Origin: Eledone cirrhosa
Lineage: Eukaryota
DNA length: 64,000 bases
Direction of reading: 5' to 3'
NCBI GenBank assembly: GCA_964016885.1
Contig: OZ024744.1
Span: 109,244,001-109,308,000, forward strand
Position numbers and translations under genes: made by a program. Below, one piece after another: positions 42,434 to 54,609 of this stretch. How positions within the stretch are numbered: the first letter of the stretch is position 1; each line of letters begins with the position of its first letter. The notes under the pieces are model-generated. The model saw only the letters and a list, made by a program, of their open reading frames with translations. It did not search any database and had not been told where the DNA came from.

Positions 42434-43026
42434 GGTGGCTGCCAACTCGTTTTCGAGTACGGCCACTACTTTATATCCATGTAGGAGAACCCCTACCGAT
42501 GCGCTGAACGAGTGTGACTTTTTAGTCCAGCCAGCGACTTGAAAACTCTAGTACAAACACTACACTTGTGACAATTATTGACACATAGTGCTTTGCAGTT
42601 GGTACCATGTGACGACAAGTGCAGAGAGATCTCGAGATATAAAGCAATGCCTGTGCCGTGAAGCTTTTATAGTGAGCAAAGGCACTGCACAAAGCCAGTC
42701 CCACTGTCTTAACCAAGATGATATTTACCAAAAAGAAGAACAAGTCAACATCATTGGATACCATCAGGGTTGCAGGTGTTATATCAGAGTTTTCCTTCTC
42801 CTAGAATTCTGCCTTGACAAAGGCTAAGGGGTCATCTCTCCCAGTGATTTTGGATGGCCATTGACTCTTAAGAGCTCCTTTGCCCTTTGACAGGTTTTGT
42901 TTTTAGTCCTGCAGGATGTCCAAAGTCACCCTCCTCATCAAGAAACCTTGGTGGGGTTGCCAGTTTAGTCGCCAACGACCCGACCATGAGACAGGTTGTA
43001 CTGGGATACATGTTACCAGTAGCACC
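42434..43026 (-). mobile_element. About 590-bp non-autonomous RTE derivative (5' UTR joined to 3' end)
   Basis: Minus strand carries CTAGGAGAAGGAAAACTCTGA (a motif I recall from RTE 5' UTRs), a terminal finger CSVCTRVFKSLAGLKSHTRSAH* similar to the RTE end at 51950-52015, and a 3' hairpin GTGGC..CTCG-AAAA-CGAG..GCCAC. (ATAC)n on both sides. Confidence 0.7.
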
Positions 43027-43487
43027 ATACATACATACATACATACATACATACATACATACATACATACATACATACATACATACAAGCGAGGGGGAGA
43101 AAAGTATAGAATGTGCGTCTGTATATGTGCCTATGGGTGTATGTATGTGTATGTGCATGTATATGTGTGTACGTGTGTGTATTTGTGTGTATCTAATTAG
43201 ACAACAGTTACATAACTTGCTCAACAAGTTTCCCTTATAATCCTATTTTCTTGAACACACAAGAAAGAAATACAAACAAAACTGCCGCCATTAACCAGAA
43301 CTTATTTCCTCCGTTTGTATCTTGTTTCTACACCAATTTTAACCCACCCGAGCAATGTACCTCAAATCACGTCTAAAACGCAGTTACCTGAGGAGCCAAC
43401 TATGGCCATATGGCGTAGTTGCTCTAGATGAGACAAATATTAACCACCCCTGCATCCCTGTCTTCAAGACATATTGTATAATGTATG

Positions 43488-43785
43488 ATGCCACATGGCT
43501 CAGTGGTTCAGGTGTTCGGCTCACAAACGTAAGGTCATGATTTCCATTCCCGGCGATGTTTTATTCTTTGATTAAGAGACATTTTACGTTGCTCCAGTCC
43601 ACTAAACTGGCAAAAAGGTATTGTACCTGTAATTTGAAGGCCCAGATTTGTCACATTCTGTGACACACTTAATCTTCCAGAGAACTACGTTGAGAGTACA
43701 CGTGCCTGTGGAGTGTTCACTCACTTGCACCTTAAGTTCTGTTGATTGTATAACTGGAAGACTGATCGCCGAAACTGACGGGGGT
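43488..43785 (+). mobile_element. Old tRNA-derived SINE, family B (CORE-like)
   Basis: A-box TGGCTCAGTGG, degenerate B-box, CORE-like ACGTTGCTCCAGTCCACT..CTGGCAAAAA; an inverted homologue follows. Confidence 0.7.
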
Positions 43786-43819
43786 CTAAAATTGGATAAT
43801 ATAGTCATAGATACAATGA

Positions 43820-44045
43820 GTGTTTCTGTCGTTCGATCAACGTAATAACTTGCTTGAGTATTCCACATCCACGTGTACCCTTAATGTAAGGATATTCAGT
43901 GTTTCATAGTATGTCATAACGATGTTCCTTCGAATTACAGATACAATTAATGTTTGTCAGCTGAGTGGACTGGATCGAAAATAATGTCTCTGGGCCAGGG
44001 ATACTTCGCGCCATTGAGAATCGAACTCACGACTTTAGGTTAGGG
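43820..44045 (-). mobile_element. Old tRNA-derived SINE, family B, tail-to-tail with the previous copy
   Basis: Minus strand B-box GAGTTCGATTC, TCCAGTCCACTCAGCTG and GTACACGTG..TGTGGA blocks shared with 43488-43785. Confidence 0.65.
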
Positions 44046-44076
44046 TGGCTCCTTTGAATTGCAACTACAGTTTACC

Positions 44077-44192
44077 CGACGGGCTTCCAAACAGTTTCTG
44101 TCTACATAAGTTCACTTACAAGATATCTTTTAGTTGGATTGAATCAGGTACCTAATGATATGGGAATCAAACTTCTTTACCATTTGGTCATG
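44077..44192 (-). mobile_element. Degenerate SINE fragment, family C
   Basis: Minus strand GGTAAAGAAGTTTGATTCCCA...GTAGACAGAAACTGTTTGGAAGCCCGTC, recalled as an abundant octopus SINE; heavily decayed. Confidence 0.5.
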
Positions 44193-44326
44193 TGACATCA
44201 ACTGTTAATTAGTGGTACAGTGACATCAAACACAAACTAATATTTCTGAATTAATGGTATATCGTCGAACCAACACCACCACCACCACCACCACCAACAC
44301 CACCACCACCACAATCACCAACACCA

Positions 44327-47300
44327 TCGACCCTATCGAATGCTTTCGATTGATCTAAATTGATCAGTTCCCCACCGAAGCCAGGTTTACACCCTACCCT
44401 CGCTATGGTGTATCGCATGAGGTGGAGGTTGTCGTCTATGGACCTGGCTGGGATTGCACAAGTTTGCGCCTCCCCAACCAAATCCTCGACGACAAGCGCC
44501 AATCTCTTTGCTAACACCTTGGCCAAAATCTTAAACTCTGTGTTGAGCTGAGTTATGGGCCTGAAGTTGTCTAATGTATCCCTCTTGTTCTCGTCTTTCC
44601 TTATCAGCGTCACCACTCCCCTGCTCACAGAACTGGGAATACTCCCATTCTGCTGCCAGTTGCAGTAAAGTGCTTCGAGGAGTTCGGAGAACAAATCTGG
44701 CATATTTACGTAAAGCTCGTAGGGCAGGCCATCCAAACCGGGTGACTTGCGCCTTATGCAGCCGACAAGGCCGTCCTGAATTTCGGCTAAAGTAATCGGC
44801 CTTTCGCAGCGCTCAGCGTCGACCGTCGAGATGCGCGGCAAGCCGTCAAGGTAGGGACTGAAATCCGCTACTCTCTCTCTCTGACTTGTCACTCTCCCCG
44901 AACAACCGAGCAAAGTGCTCGCGAAAGGCCTCACACATCCGCTTGGAATCGCTTATCTCGTGTCCGTCTCGGTCCGCCAAAGACCTAATTGTGGTTTTAT
45001 TACCACGCTGCGCCTCCATAACGTGGGCTCATCTAACAACTTTGGTTCCCTCGTTTCTCAGCGCACGCGCCTTAGCTCTGACAATTCAACCTTCGTGTTT
45101 CGCGTTGAAGAAATGGTCTAATGCCATTCTCGCCGTTAGCACGTCAGTTGCAATGCCACTACAAATAGCCTCGTCTAACTTATCTACCAGCTGCCCCTCC
45201 TTTCTATTTTTCTCTAACGCTAGTTCTTTGCTGAACTCTATCGAAGTTACTCTAATCTCTCTTTTGAGAGCCCCCCACCATCTGTTGTTGCTGATCCCCC
45301 CTGTCAAATTTTGCTTAACTAAATTGTTGACTCGGTCCCTGTAAGCCTTACGTGCCGGAAATGACATGTTCAGCTTCCAGTAACCCGGTCCCAACCTACG
45401 CGTTTTATCTAGGTCGACCGTACAGATCACAAATTTGTGATCTGAATAGGCGACCGTTTTAAAAAGTGGGCAGCCTACACTATTTCTATCTATTTTCCTA
45501 ATGAAGATCCTGTCTATATACGATCTAGATGACCCCATTCGGTTGGTCCATGTCCATACTGGCACATTGGGGAAATCTAGTCGATACCTGTCAGACAGTT
45601 GGAACTGGCTGAGTAGGTGCTTGAGGCTTTTGCACCCCCCGCTCCTATCGGCTACTCCCACACAATCCCAGCGTGCGTCTAAGATGCCATTCCAGCCCCC
45701 CGCTAACCGTAAAGGGCGAGACGTACCCAGAAAGGTCTCCAGGCGCCTAAAGATGTCCGGTCGTCCGGCCCCTGTAGGGGCGTAGACGGCCAGCAGTCTA
45801 AAGGCACCACCTTCGCTACTGCTCACATCCAAGACCACCAACTTACCGTCCGGGTCCCGGAAGATCGACCTTACCTCGAGATCCAGTCCTTTCCTAAACA
45901 GCACTGCCACCCCACCCCCCATCATTCCCGGTCTGCTAACAGATGCGAAGATCTGATAGTCGTTGAAAATGGGGGCTAGTGCGCGCGTGTCGGAAATTCT
46001 GGTCTCGCTGACGGCAGTCACATCCATTTCCAGCGACCTGAGGTCGTTGAGCAGGCGACCCTGCTTCCAGGGTGACCCAGGCCGCGAACATTTAAACTTC
46101 CTACTCTTAATATGGCTATATTGGTAAGCTAAGAGAGAGAGGGAAGGTTTACTTACCTCCCGGGGTCTTGTGAAGGTCGGGTGGTTCGACCTCCATGGTT
46201 GGTGGGGGTTTCTTTTGGGAACCCCTTTAAAAGTCTTGATGTGGGTTTCACATTCGGGGTTCCCACGTCTTGAGGAAAGCTCTCTCGAATTTCTTTGTAG
46301 GAATTGAGTCACATTCGGACCAGAAGCAAATCTTCTGGCACGCAAAATTAACTCATTTCAAAAATCTCCCCCTCTGTTTGAATGTCCTCGCTTCGTGCTA
46401 AGAGTGCCGTTAGTTTATCGTTGGCCCTTCTGACAAGCACGAAGTTTTTAACATTTTGTTGGTGTGGTTTTATTTGTTTTCGTTTTGGTGACTGTGGTGG
46501 TGATGGTTTTGGTGGTGTTGTTTCGGGTATGTCTGTGTTTGTTGTAGGTGTGGTGTCTGAAATTTCAAGTATCTGTGTGTTTATTTGTACTTGTGTTTGT
46601 TTAGGTTGTTTGCGTTTCGGGGATTGTGGAGGTGGTGTCGATGTTGCTGTTAGTGATGATGTTATTGGGGAAGTGTTTGCGTTAGTGGTGTTTGTATTTT
46701 TTGTTGTGTATGTTTTTCTGTTTTGTTAGGGCTTTTTTTTTGTGAGTTTTCTCTGGTTTTTTTTTGCACTTTTGGGTTTTCCTTCATCTTCGCTGCTGGA
46801 AGACAAAGGTTCTGTGGGTGTGAATGTCTCTGTGTCTGTGTGTGCGTTTATTGTTTTGTCTATGTGTATAATTGGGAGGGGGAGGGGGAGTGGGAGAGCT
46901 TTCCTCGTTTTCCCCTTGGATTGGTTTTGGTGTTGGTGGTGATCCGGCTATTTTTGATGTTGGTGTCCGTGTTTTTGTTGGTGTTGTTTTTGGTGGTGGT
47001 GGTGCAGCTTTCTGTGCTGACACTGGCGTTGGCAACAAAGGAGGTTTGCGACCCCCTGCATTTTTGCGCTGAGGGTAGAAGGCTTGCAGATGCGTTGCTT
47101 CCCCGCAGACGAAGCAGCGTGGCCTTCTTCCGTCAATGATTAGTTGGATTGTTGTCCCGTCCTGCAGACGGGCAAAATCCGGGATGTTGTTCATGTCATC
47201 CGGTTTCATTTGGAGAAGAATCTCCAAATCCATTCCGGACCAGTCCTCTCTCTCTGTCCTTTTGATATCCAGGAGGGTAGTGTCTGTCCCCTCCTCGATT

Positions 47301-48332
47301 ACGCATCCCAGCAGCCACCATATGTTCATTCCTGGTGGGATGCTGGGAATGCGGACCTTTACTGTCCTTTTAGCCATGTAGGACGGGTGCATGATAATGC
47401 GTTCCGTTCTGCAGGGGGTCACCGAGTGCTTAATAGCGAGGGCCTCGGTTTTGAACAGTACCGAGATGGTACCGAACTGCTTGGCTTTTGCTTTGTACTC
47501 TATGTTACTTTCGTAGACTCCAAAGCAGCCTCGACCCCTGCTTGGCTGGCAAGTTCCACTTTTCGTGTCTGCACCGAAATGCATCGAAAGAACACCGTCC
47601 TCCTTTGCATGGCCGCTATTGCCTCGTCCGGGATGGTCATGTTTGCCCAGGATTTCTCCCGTTTAATTAGCCTCCACGCTTTGGCCAACTGTTCGTCTTT
47701 ATCGCTAATATCAATATCAATATTCAATAAGCGCTTTGTTTTTGCTGTTGCTGCAGCAAATGTGGTGCTTCTGATGCTCTTATTGTTGGTGTTGTTCTTG
47801 CTGTTGTTATTGGTGTTGTTGTTGTTGTTTTGTTTGTTGATGCTGTTGCCACCGCCATCTGTGTTTACATTGAAGCTGTCGGTGTTATTGTCGTTATTGC
47901 TCCGAGTTGCTGTTGTGGTGGTGGTGGCGGTGGTGGTGATGTCGTTTTCAGATGATACTGCTGCTATGGCAGAAGGTTGTGATGGTAGCTTTTGAGTTTT
48001 GCCTTCACATTCAGTAGAGTGGATGACAGGCATGACTGTAGCCGTCGTAGTCGTGGTGAAATCTGCAGTGGCTGCTTTAAACTTTTGACCTGAACGTTGT
48101 TTACCGTTTCAAGGTCGAAAATTTCCATAATTTTTTTTTAAAGATTTTTTTCGAAGTTTTAAAAAATAAATCTGAATATTCGGGATTAAAACCCGAATAT
48201 TGAGAGGTATCCCACTCTTTAAATCAAGATGTGTACCTTAAGTTTCGTTAACGACAAGAAAATACAAAAAATGACACTTTAAAACAGCTTAAAGTTACGA
48301 ACCTTTTCCCCCGCAGATTTGTACTGTCTTCA

Positions 48333-48338
<6 letters not shown>
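44327..48338 (-). mobile_element. Tx1-clade LINE, 5' end present, 3' end lost, frameshifted
   Basis: ORF1 pieces (47500-48033; 46784-47584 with IDGRRPRCFVCGEATHLQAF), APE endonuclease (45086-~46110: SETR, VYAP, IDRIF, SDH) and RT N-half (PGLDG, FRPITQLN, DQSKAFDRVD) ending at a (GGT)n tract. 5' flank is (TTA)n. Confidence 0.95.
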
Positions 48339-48420
<82 letters not shown>

Positions 48421-48421
48421 C

Positions 48422-48449
<28 letters not shown>

Positions 48450-48460
<11 letters not shown>

Positions 48461-49023
48461 TGTATATATAGTGTATTTTGCAATACACTGTATGCTTAAT
48501 TAAAAGCATTTTGAAGACCATACGCTATTGTTTTAAAGTAGCGACAACGACGCTTACTTAAATTTTCAGCAAACAAGGTCTTCAAAATGCATTTAATTAA
48601 GCATACAGTGTATTGCAAAATACACTATATATACAATCATATATATATCGCTATTTCAGAGCACCAATTCCAATTTTCAATTTCTACTGGACCGACAACC
48701 GCTCTGTATAATCAGTTCCTGATTATTACTGGAATTCTATAAGAATCCAACACACATAATTTTCAGCAAACAGGGAGAGTGAGCTTTGATAAGTACCAAC
48801 AAGTACGAAACAGAGAGAGTGAGCTTTGCTAAGTACCAACAAGTACGAAACAGAGCTCTGTCAGCTTATCTCCCCTTGTTTGCTGAAAATTTAAGTGAGC
48901 GACATTGTCGCTACTTTAAAACAATAGCGTATGGTCTTCAAAATGCTTTTAATTAAGCATACAGTGTATTGCAAAATACACTATATATACACTCATATAT
49001 ATATCGCTATTTCAGAGCACCAA

Positions 49024-49027
<4 letters not shown>
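48450..49027 (+). mobile_element. Hammerhead-containing non-coding element: about 356-nt partial tandem with 5' inverted segment (retrozyme/Penelope-like)
   Basis: 48577-48670 is repeated at 48933-49027 (offset 356). 48450-48578 is the reverse complement of about 48874-49002. Hammerhead in the middle; (TA)n on both sides. Confidence 0.75.
48758..48891 (+). ncRNA. Type I hammerhead ribozyme, U3-A8 core variant, with 40-nt internal duplication
   Basis: GUGAGCU-UUGAUAA-GUAC caacaa GUAC-GAAA-(40-nt duplication carrying UUGCUAA)-CAGAGCUCUG-UC^AGCUUAU. Stem I continues GGGAG/CUCCC and AAUUUUCAGCAAACA/UGUUUGCUGAAAAUU. Confidence 0.82.
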
Positions 49028-49053
<26 letters not shown>

Positions 49054-49066
<13 letters not shown>

Positions 49067-49982
49067 TCAATTTCCAATTGTAGGAATCCTATAATGAAAC
49101 GAGACGTCCGTCTGGGAATAGATATATTCGATATGTCTCATATGAAATAATACAGCCAATTTTCCACGCAATACTTTTAGTTAGCACCCCGAACGCATAA
49201 TTGGGAATATAATCACTTATTTCCTAATGTTTGTTGAGTGAGTTGGAATTTGGCCGGAGTATCGCTAAAAAGCTTTCTCCGATATTGTATTTATTTATTT
49301 ACTCTTGGCGCAGCAGATTTGAAATTCCCGGTATAAGGTTAGCATTTCTTTGTTTATTTTTTATATATGAATATTGATTGTTCCTTATATCTCATTCTGT
49401 TATTTTGCCCAAGAAAATATCTGTGTGTCATCAAATGTTGTACACACATAGATATTTTTTCAATTTCCAATTGAGTTCTTAGCACGTGGCCTGAATTCCT
49501 TTCAGAGTTCATTGTCATGCGCATGTATTGTTTTTTTGGCGGTAATTTACTTCCTCATTTTTGAATCAGTTTAAGCATTTCTTTAGAACTGCTGGACTGG
49601 CAACCTGACAGATACCTCAGGCACAGATGATGATTATCGCTAAATACTGATGTTGGTTAGATTATCAATATTAGTATTATTGGGGCACCCACTGATGAAT
49701 TATAGGAGCCCACTTGAATATATATCTATTGATGGTATACAAGCTCCTACATAAATTGGTATAATTTCACCCAAATTGTAGGAATCCTATAATGAAACGA
49801 GACGTCCGTCTGGGAATAGATATATTCGATATGTCTCATATGAAATAATACGGCCAATTTTTCCACGCAATACTTTTAGTTAGCACCCCGAACGCATAAT
49901 TGGGAATATACTCACTTATTTCCTAATGTTTGTTGAGTTAGAATTTGGCCGGAGTATCGCTAAAAAGCTTTCTCCGATATTG

Positions 49983-49988
<6 letters not shown>
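49054..49988 (+). mobile_element. Hammerhead-containing non-coding element: about 700-nt partial tandem (retrozyme/Penelope pLTR-like)
   Basis: About 215-bp direct repeat 49076-49290 / 49775-49988 (offset 698). TTTTCAATTTCCAATTG occurs at about 49064 and 49457. Flanked by (TA)n; no ORF. Confidence 0.72.
49688..49814 (+). ncRNA. Type I hammerhead ribozyme with canonical core and enlarged stem II
   Basis: CCCA-CUGAUGA-AUUAUAGGA[77 nt]UCCUAUAAU-GAAA-CG AGACGUC CG-UC^UGGG. All core nucleotides canonical, GUC triplet, predicted cut after 49810. Confidence 0.88.
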
Positions 49989-52015
<2,027 letters not shown>

Positions 52016-52114
52016 TTGCTATCGTGTGTGTGTGTGTAGGTGTGTTTGTGTGTGTGCGTGTGTGTATAAATATGTATATATATATTATTATTGTTATTAT
52101 TATTATTATTATTA

Positions 52115-52237
52115 CAGCTGCATTTATCTTGCTTTATGTTCATACGAGTTATCACCAAGTCACAACCAGTGACCTCAAGAGACAACAAGGTCCGCCATGT
52201 TCAAGAAAGAACATACATACTCACACATGCATCTTTA
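52115..52237 (-). repeat. 123-bp copy of the Dong 3' UTR (left member of a direct repeat with 58335-58457)
   Basis: Identical by eye to 58335-58457 apart from CAGCTG versus CAGTTG; (TTA)n on both sides. Confidence 0.95.
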
Positions 52238-52474
52238 TTATTATTATTATTATTATTATTGAATGCCATGGTTGACGGAGGCTCGGCTCTGTAAGGTATA
52301 GTAATTTTTAACCGTTAAAACAATTGTAAATTGTTTAAAACTTGAACCAAATTGTTGATAAAGACACCCTCCTCCTCGTGAGAGGGGTCTTTCTGTCCGT
52401 TATTTGGCCCTTCGGGGTTAAATAACCAGTTATTGGGGTTTTGTACCCAATATTCATTTTAAACAAAAAACAAC

Positions 52475-54574
52475 ATGGCTACGAAAAAGAAATTTCATAC
52501 GTCACTCCCACTCATTCCGTCTTCTTCTTCCTCAATCATCACTACAGCAGAGAGAAGATTGTCTCTCTCCCTCCCTTCTTTAAATGTGTCTCTCTCCCTC
52601 CCTTCTCTTTCGCAAGTGACGAAAGAAAAGAAAAGTCTCGTGCAAAGCGTGCAAGGTTTCTCCACGACGACGACGACAGCGACGAAACAGGTGTGCGGGA
52701 AATACGAAAACCCAGTTCATTCGTCTGACGTCAGGAATAATAGCAGTAGCAGCCGTAATAACAACAGCAACAGTGACAATGAAAACAACAGTAGCAGCCG
52801 CAACAGCATCACCAGCAGCATAAACAACAACAGCATTAGCAGCAGCAACACCAACAACAACCACAGCAACAGCGGCGGAGGCAGTAGTCGTAGTACCTGC
52901 AGCAACAACAAAAGTACCAGCAGCTCTGACGACAACAACAACAATAGCAGCAAAGAAAAACCAATCTCATTTGCAGGCATTGCGAAAAACTTGGAAACAA
53001 TCCTCATAACAAATGAGGAATTAGAGGAAGCGAAGAAGACGGTGACAAAGAATGGATACCGAGCAATCTGCAAGACAGCGGAAAAGTTTTTCGAAACCCA
53101 ACAGCACTGTACGGTCACGTACCGTACAGTAAGTACAAAATCCCGTAGGGTGGAAAGAGCCACAGAGGCTCAGATACAAAAAGCCTTGGGGTCTGTGTGG
53201 CAGCGGAAAACGCACATCACCCGAGGCAAAAAATATGCCACCGTAGAGGTACTTTTTGCCACACCCCAGGAGGCAAAGGCCCAATCAGTAGTGACCCTAA
53301 GGAGCGAGGAAATGGTGTTGGTGCCCTCCTACTGCGGGCAAAAAATTGTAAGGGTCAAACTGACCCACGTCCCCCCCGGAATGGCCCCTTCTTGGCTGGC
53401 CGCGTCTGACCTCGTCGGAATCGAGGACAAAACAACTGTACTGCAAGTACAGAAAAAAGTAAGAGAAGATTGGGTCGGCACCTCCATTGAGATGCTAATC
53501 CAAACCAACCAGGAGTGCATCGAAGCTATCCCGGATGTGATAGACTTCGATAACGGCACTCAACTGCCCATAAGTGTTGAGGGCAAACGCCCGAAATGCT
53601 TTCGCTGTGGATCGAAGACTCACCTCAGGGCCTTCTGCAACGAGAAGACCCTGAGAAAGGAGAAAACCCCCCTCCTTCCGAATCCGGCTCCACGGCTACC
53701 AGCAACAGGACAAGCGGCAACCAGGAACGATAGGTCCGTGGCACCCATACCCACTCCACGGAAATCAAAAACAGCAGCAGCAGTGGAAATATTAACAACA
53801 ACAACAGCAATACCAAATGCAGCTGCAACAGAGACTCCAGTGCAAACATCACCAACAACAAGTGAAAGAGTGGAGCTGGTACACCTCCCCGACCTCACAG
53901 AATCAGACATGGAGTGTGAGGTGGGAGAGGGATGGCAAAAGGTCGTAAGAAGACACAAACGCAGAAGCAGCGCATCGTCGCCTTTGAAAAGGGAGGAAAG
54001 AAATGAGAAAAGGGTAAAGTCTACTGCAAAGAGACCCACAGCAGCAACACCACCAACACCATCACCACCCACACTAGCACCACCATCACCACCGGCGACA
54101 ACCCCACCGCCAACAACACCTTCAACACCACCACCACAAGCACCAACATCGCAAACACAACAACAAAACACACACACCCAGCAACAACGACAAGAAAATA
54201 GCAGAACCACACCCCACCCCCAGAAAAACAAATGCACGGCAATAAATACACACAATAAGAAACTAATGACTTACATAATTGAACACACAGACATTTCACA
54301 ACAGGACTACATAATACCAGCACCAATCAAAACGCCAACTAACATAAGACTGCTAAAAATAGCACAGAAACAATACACAAACATTAAAACGAAATTCCCC
54401 AACGCAGTTGGTGATTTCAGGGACCTAGGAGGAACCATCAATCGAAGAGTATATTCAGACATTCTCTTAGAAGAGCCGACGACCAGCCGAAGGGACGATT
54501 CAACGGTCCCTTCACCAGACGATCAAGTGAAAAGGGATGTAAAAACCATCCCTCCTCTACCAAAAGTACGGTAA
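52475..54574 (+). CDS. Tx1 ORF1 nucleic-acid-binding protein (699 aa)
   Basis: Uninterrupted ORF; CCHC knuckle CFRCGSKTHLRAFC preceded by VEGKRP; Ser/Asn- and Pro/Thr-rich linkers; homologous to the minus-strand copies. Confidence 0.88.
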   Translation: MATKKKFHTSLPLIPSSSSSIITTAERRLSLSLPSLNVSLSLPSLSQVTKEKKSLVQSVQGFSTTTTTATKQVCGKYENPVHSSDVRNNSSSSRNNNSNSDNENNSSSRNSITSSINNNSISSSNTNNNHSNSGGGSSRSTCSNNKSTSSSDDNNNNSSKEKPISFAGIAKNLETILITNEELEEAKKTVTKNGYRAICKTAEKFFETQQHCTVTYRTVSTKSRRVERATEAQIQKALGSVWQRKTHITRGKKYATVEVLFATPQEAKAQSVVTLRSEEMVLVPSYCGQKIVRVKLTHVPPGMAPSWLAASDLVGIEDKTTVLQVQKKVREDWVGTSIEMLIQTNQECIEAIPDVIDFDNGTQLPISVEGKRPKCFRCGSKTHLRAFCNEKTLRKEKTPLLPNPAPRLPATGQAATRNDRSVAPIPTPRKSKTAAAVEILTTTTAIPNAAATETPVQTSPTTSERVELVHLPDLTESDMECEVGEGWQKVVRRHKRRSSASSPLKREERNEKRVKSTAKRPTAATPPTPSPPTLAPPSPPATTPPPTTPSTPPPQAPTSQTQQQNTHTQQQRQENSRTTPHPQKNKCTAINTHNKKLMTYIIEHTDISQQDYIIPAPIKTPTNIRLLKIAQKQYTNIKTKFPNAVGDFRDLGGTINRRVYSDILLEEPTTSRRDDSTVPSPDDQVKRDVKTIPPLPKVR

Positions 54575-54609
54575 GTGGTCTTTCCCATCTTTTCCACTCT
54601 ATTTTAAAC

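Noticed and set aside
48450-49002. MITE with ~129-bp terminal inverted repeats
   Set aside because: The right arm continues past the inverted repeat and is also directly repeated internally, and the centre is a hammerhead; a retro-inversion fits better.
52364-52392. CTCCTCCTCGTGAG in the Tx1 5' UTR resembling HDV ribozyme P3/L3
   Set aside because: Flanks pair as a simple hairpin; no P1.1, P4 or J4/2 could be placed.
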